A stretch of 16,246 nucleotides of DNA from IMG/VR virus record IMGVR_UViG_2698536348_000016; one strand, given 5' to 3'. The translations under genes and the position numbers were made by a program. This document shows positions 15,225-16,246 of this stretch, piece after piece (position 1 is the first letter of the stretch; each line of letters begins with the position of its first letter). Below the pieces are notes generated by a model, which was not told the origin of the DNA, did no database searches, and saw only the letters and a list, made by a program, of their open reading frames with translations. Source of the stretch: a virus. Taxonomy: Duplodnaviria > Heunggongvirae > Uroviricota > Caudoviricetes.

Positions 15225-15542
15225 TCATGATATTACCTGGATCCCGTTTTTCTCTACGACTGAAAGAAGGCGAAGAGCGGCACCTCCCGGCCGTTTTACA
15301 CCACGTTCCCAGTCTGATATCAGGTTTTTACTGACGTTGAGGTATCTGGCAAAAACAGGTTGAGACAGATGCTCTCGTTCGCGCAGTGCACGGATCCTTT
15401 CCGGAGACATTACCGGCGCTGGCTGGAGACAAGTTTCATCGAATTCTCGCATAGTCTGTTTCGTTACTGCGCCGATATCATGAAGCGATTCCATCATTTC
15501 ATGTACGGATGCAAGCGCATCACTGCGGTAATTTTTACTCAT
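15225..15542 (-). CDS. HigA-like antitoxin (XRE-family HTH)
   Basis: 105-aa ORF MSKNYRSDALASVHEMMESLHDIGAVTKQTMREFDETCLQPAPVMSPERIRALREREHLSQPVFARYLNVSKNLISDWERG...; ATG overlaps the last codons of the upstream toxin frame (CCCAATGAGTAA), toxin-first order typical of higBA. Confidence 0.85.
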   Translation of the reverse strand: MSKNYRSDALASVHEMMESLHDIGAVTKQTMREFDETCLQPAPVMSPERIRALREREHLSQPVFARYLNVSKNLISDWERGVKRPGGAALRLLSVVEKNGIQVIS

Positions 15543-15905
15543 TGGGTACCTCCGTAAACTGACCCTGTAGAATCAGTTGTGCCAGTTGTTCATCTGTTAG
15601 ATTGAGTACGTGAGGAGCCGCCTTCCGAAATGCACTTTCCGCAGTAGCGGTTATATTTTCACGTTCATTTTTTGCGTATGCATATACGAAAAAGGCCCTT
15701 GTGCCGACGCGATAGAAAATGATTGTGCGATAACCGCCAGATTTGCCGCCACCGACTCGTGGCAGACGTTGCTTGATAACGCCGTTACCCAGGTTTGCTG
15801 AGATAAGCCCGTTATCAGCCTGTTTAACAATTTCGCGCAGTGATTGGTCGGATATTTTGTTTTGCGTGCAAATCGCTCAAACCAGGCGTTTTTAAAAATG
15901 CGCAT
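15535..15905 (-). pseudogene. HigB/Gp49-like RelE-superfamily toxin, disrupted by a frameshift in an A-run
   Basis: ATG at 15905 gives MRIFKNAWFERFARK, then the frame derails to the unrelated tail of ORF 15651..15968; the -1 frame continues NKISDQSLREIVKQADNGLISANLGNGVIKQRLPRVGGGKSGGYRTIIFYRVGTRAFFVYAYAKNEREN...QFTEVPNE to a stop at 15535 but has no start codon of its own. Break maps to the A4 run at plus 15860..15863. Confidence 0.75.
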
Positions 15906-15926
15906 TTTTTGTTCCGTTATTAATGT

Positions 15927-15941
15927 ATAACACATAGTGTT
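15927..15941 (-). promoter_or_regulatory. Candidate operator palindrome upstream of the higB-like gene
   Basis: TAACAC ata GTGTTA perfect 6-bp inverted repeat about 22 to 36 nt upstream of the toxin ATG. Confidence 0.4.
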
Positions 15942-15972
15942 ACATTGCGTAGGGATCTGCAATGCCATCAGT

Positions 15973-16002
15973 TTGACAACGTCGCGTGTTCGGGGCTATA
16001 TT
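15973..16002 (+). promoter_or_regulatory. Near-consensus sigma70-type promoter
   Basis: TTGACA (15973..15978), 18-nt spacer, TATATT (15997..16002); divergent from the higB-like promoter region. Confidence 0.5.
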
Positions 16003-16007
16003 CCTCA

Positions 16008-16083
16008 CGCGCCAGCAAAACCTGGCGTCGGGATTAGCACCCCGGATATCGAAACGGTGCATAACCGCGCTGGCGGTTTTTTT
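16008..16083 (+). ncRNA. Candidate small RNA or terminated leader (about 76 nt)
   Basis: Lies between the promoter above and an intrinsic terminator AACCGC gctg GCGGTT plus T7 (16063..16083); contains a further hairpin CGCCAG caaaac CTGGCG; the only ORF across it is a GTG-started frame that reads through the terminator. Confidence 0.4.
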
Positions 16084-16246
16084 ATGCGCTAAGCACAGTC
16101 ACATTCGCGATTTATGGCGGGCTGTGTGGGGGAGCCGAATGAGGTGTACTGACAATAGCGGACACTACCATTTGTTCTTTTTTTAAGCAGCTATCTGATG
16201 ATATTTTTCCCTGAAGGCTGCCGGGGAGATATTCCCCAGACGAGAG

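Noticed and set aside
15535-15905. Programmed ribosomal frameshifting as the explanation for the two-frame higB-like gene
   Set aside because: No X XXY YYZ slippery heptamer or downstream pseudoknot-like structure at the junction; a one-base change in the A-run is the simpler explanation.
15610-15968. ORF-track entries 15651..15968 (-) and 15610..15801 (+) as intact genes
   Set aside because: The minus ORF is the frameshifted toxin N-terminus fused to an out-of-frame tail; the plus ORF is antisense to the toxin body.
15986-16186. 66-aa GTG-initiated plus-strand ORF
   Set aside because: Reads straight through hairpins and the intrinsic terminator at 16063..16083; more likely the non-coding candidate sRNA/leader.
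16184-16245. Possible 3' end of a minus-strand gene entering from beyond the right edge (tail ...SRLGNISPAAFREKYHQIAA)
   Set aside because: Only about 20 codons are visible and another frame is also open over this stretch; cannot be supported without sequence beyond 16246.
1-16246. CRISPR arrays, rRNA or tRNA genes
   Set aside because: No regularly spaced direct repeats and no rRNA/tRNA-like sequence found on either strand.

Overview
This window reads as an Escherichia/Shigella-type chromosomal segment (pdeR, rnb, yciW, fabI, ycjD, sapF, sapD, sapC, all on the minus strand) that is interrupted at both ends by mobile DNA. At the left edge (1..80) an IS3-family element end breaks pdeR. At about 8400, exactly at the sapC start codon, the host sequence gives way to an AT-rich prophage arm where sapB and sapA would be expected. 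The prophage arm carries a tyrosine integrase (+), a convergent AlpA/Xis-like gene (-), a lambda-type Red module (exo, bet, gam) and a zinc-ribbon acidic protein in the kil position. Beyond that lies an accessory cluster: an opposite-strand cassette with two unknown proteins (one DUF551-like), two tandem mini membrane peptides, a complete hok/sok-type type I toxin locus and a Doc-family toxin with a small upstream partner; then a higBA-like pair whose toxin is frameshifted in an A-run; then a candidate small RNA with a near-consensus promoter and intrinsic terminator. The most interesting part is this toxin-dense island (about 12.6 to 16.1 kb), which holds three toxin-antitoxin-type loci plus unassigned small genes. 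No rRNA, tRNA or CRISPR array was seen. All protein identifications rest on reading the translations and recalling family hallmarks; no database search was run, and start codons marked as alternative (GTG/TTG) are my choices.
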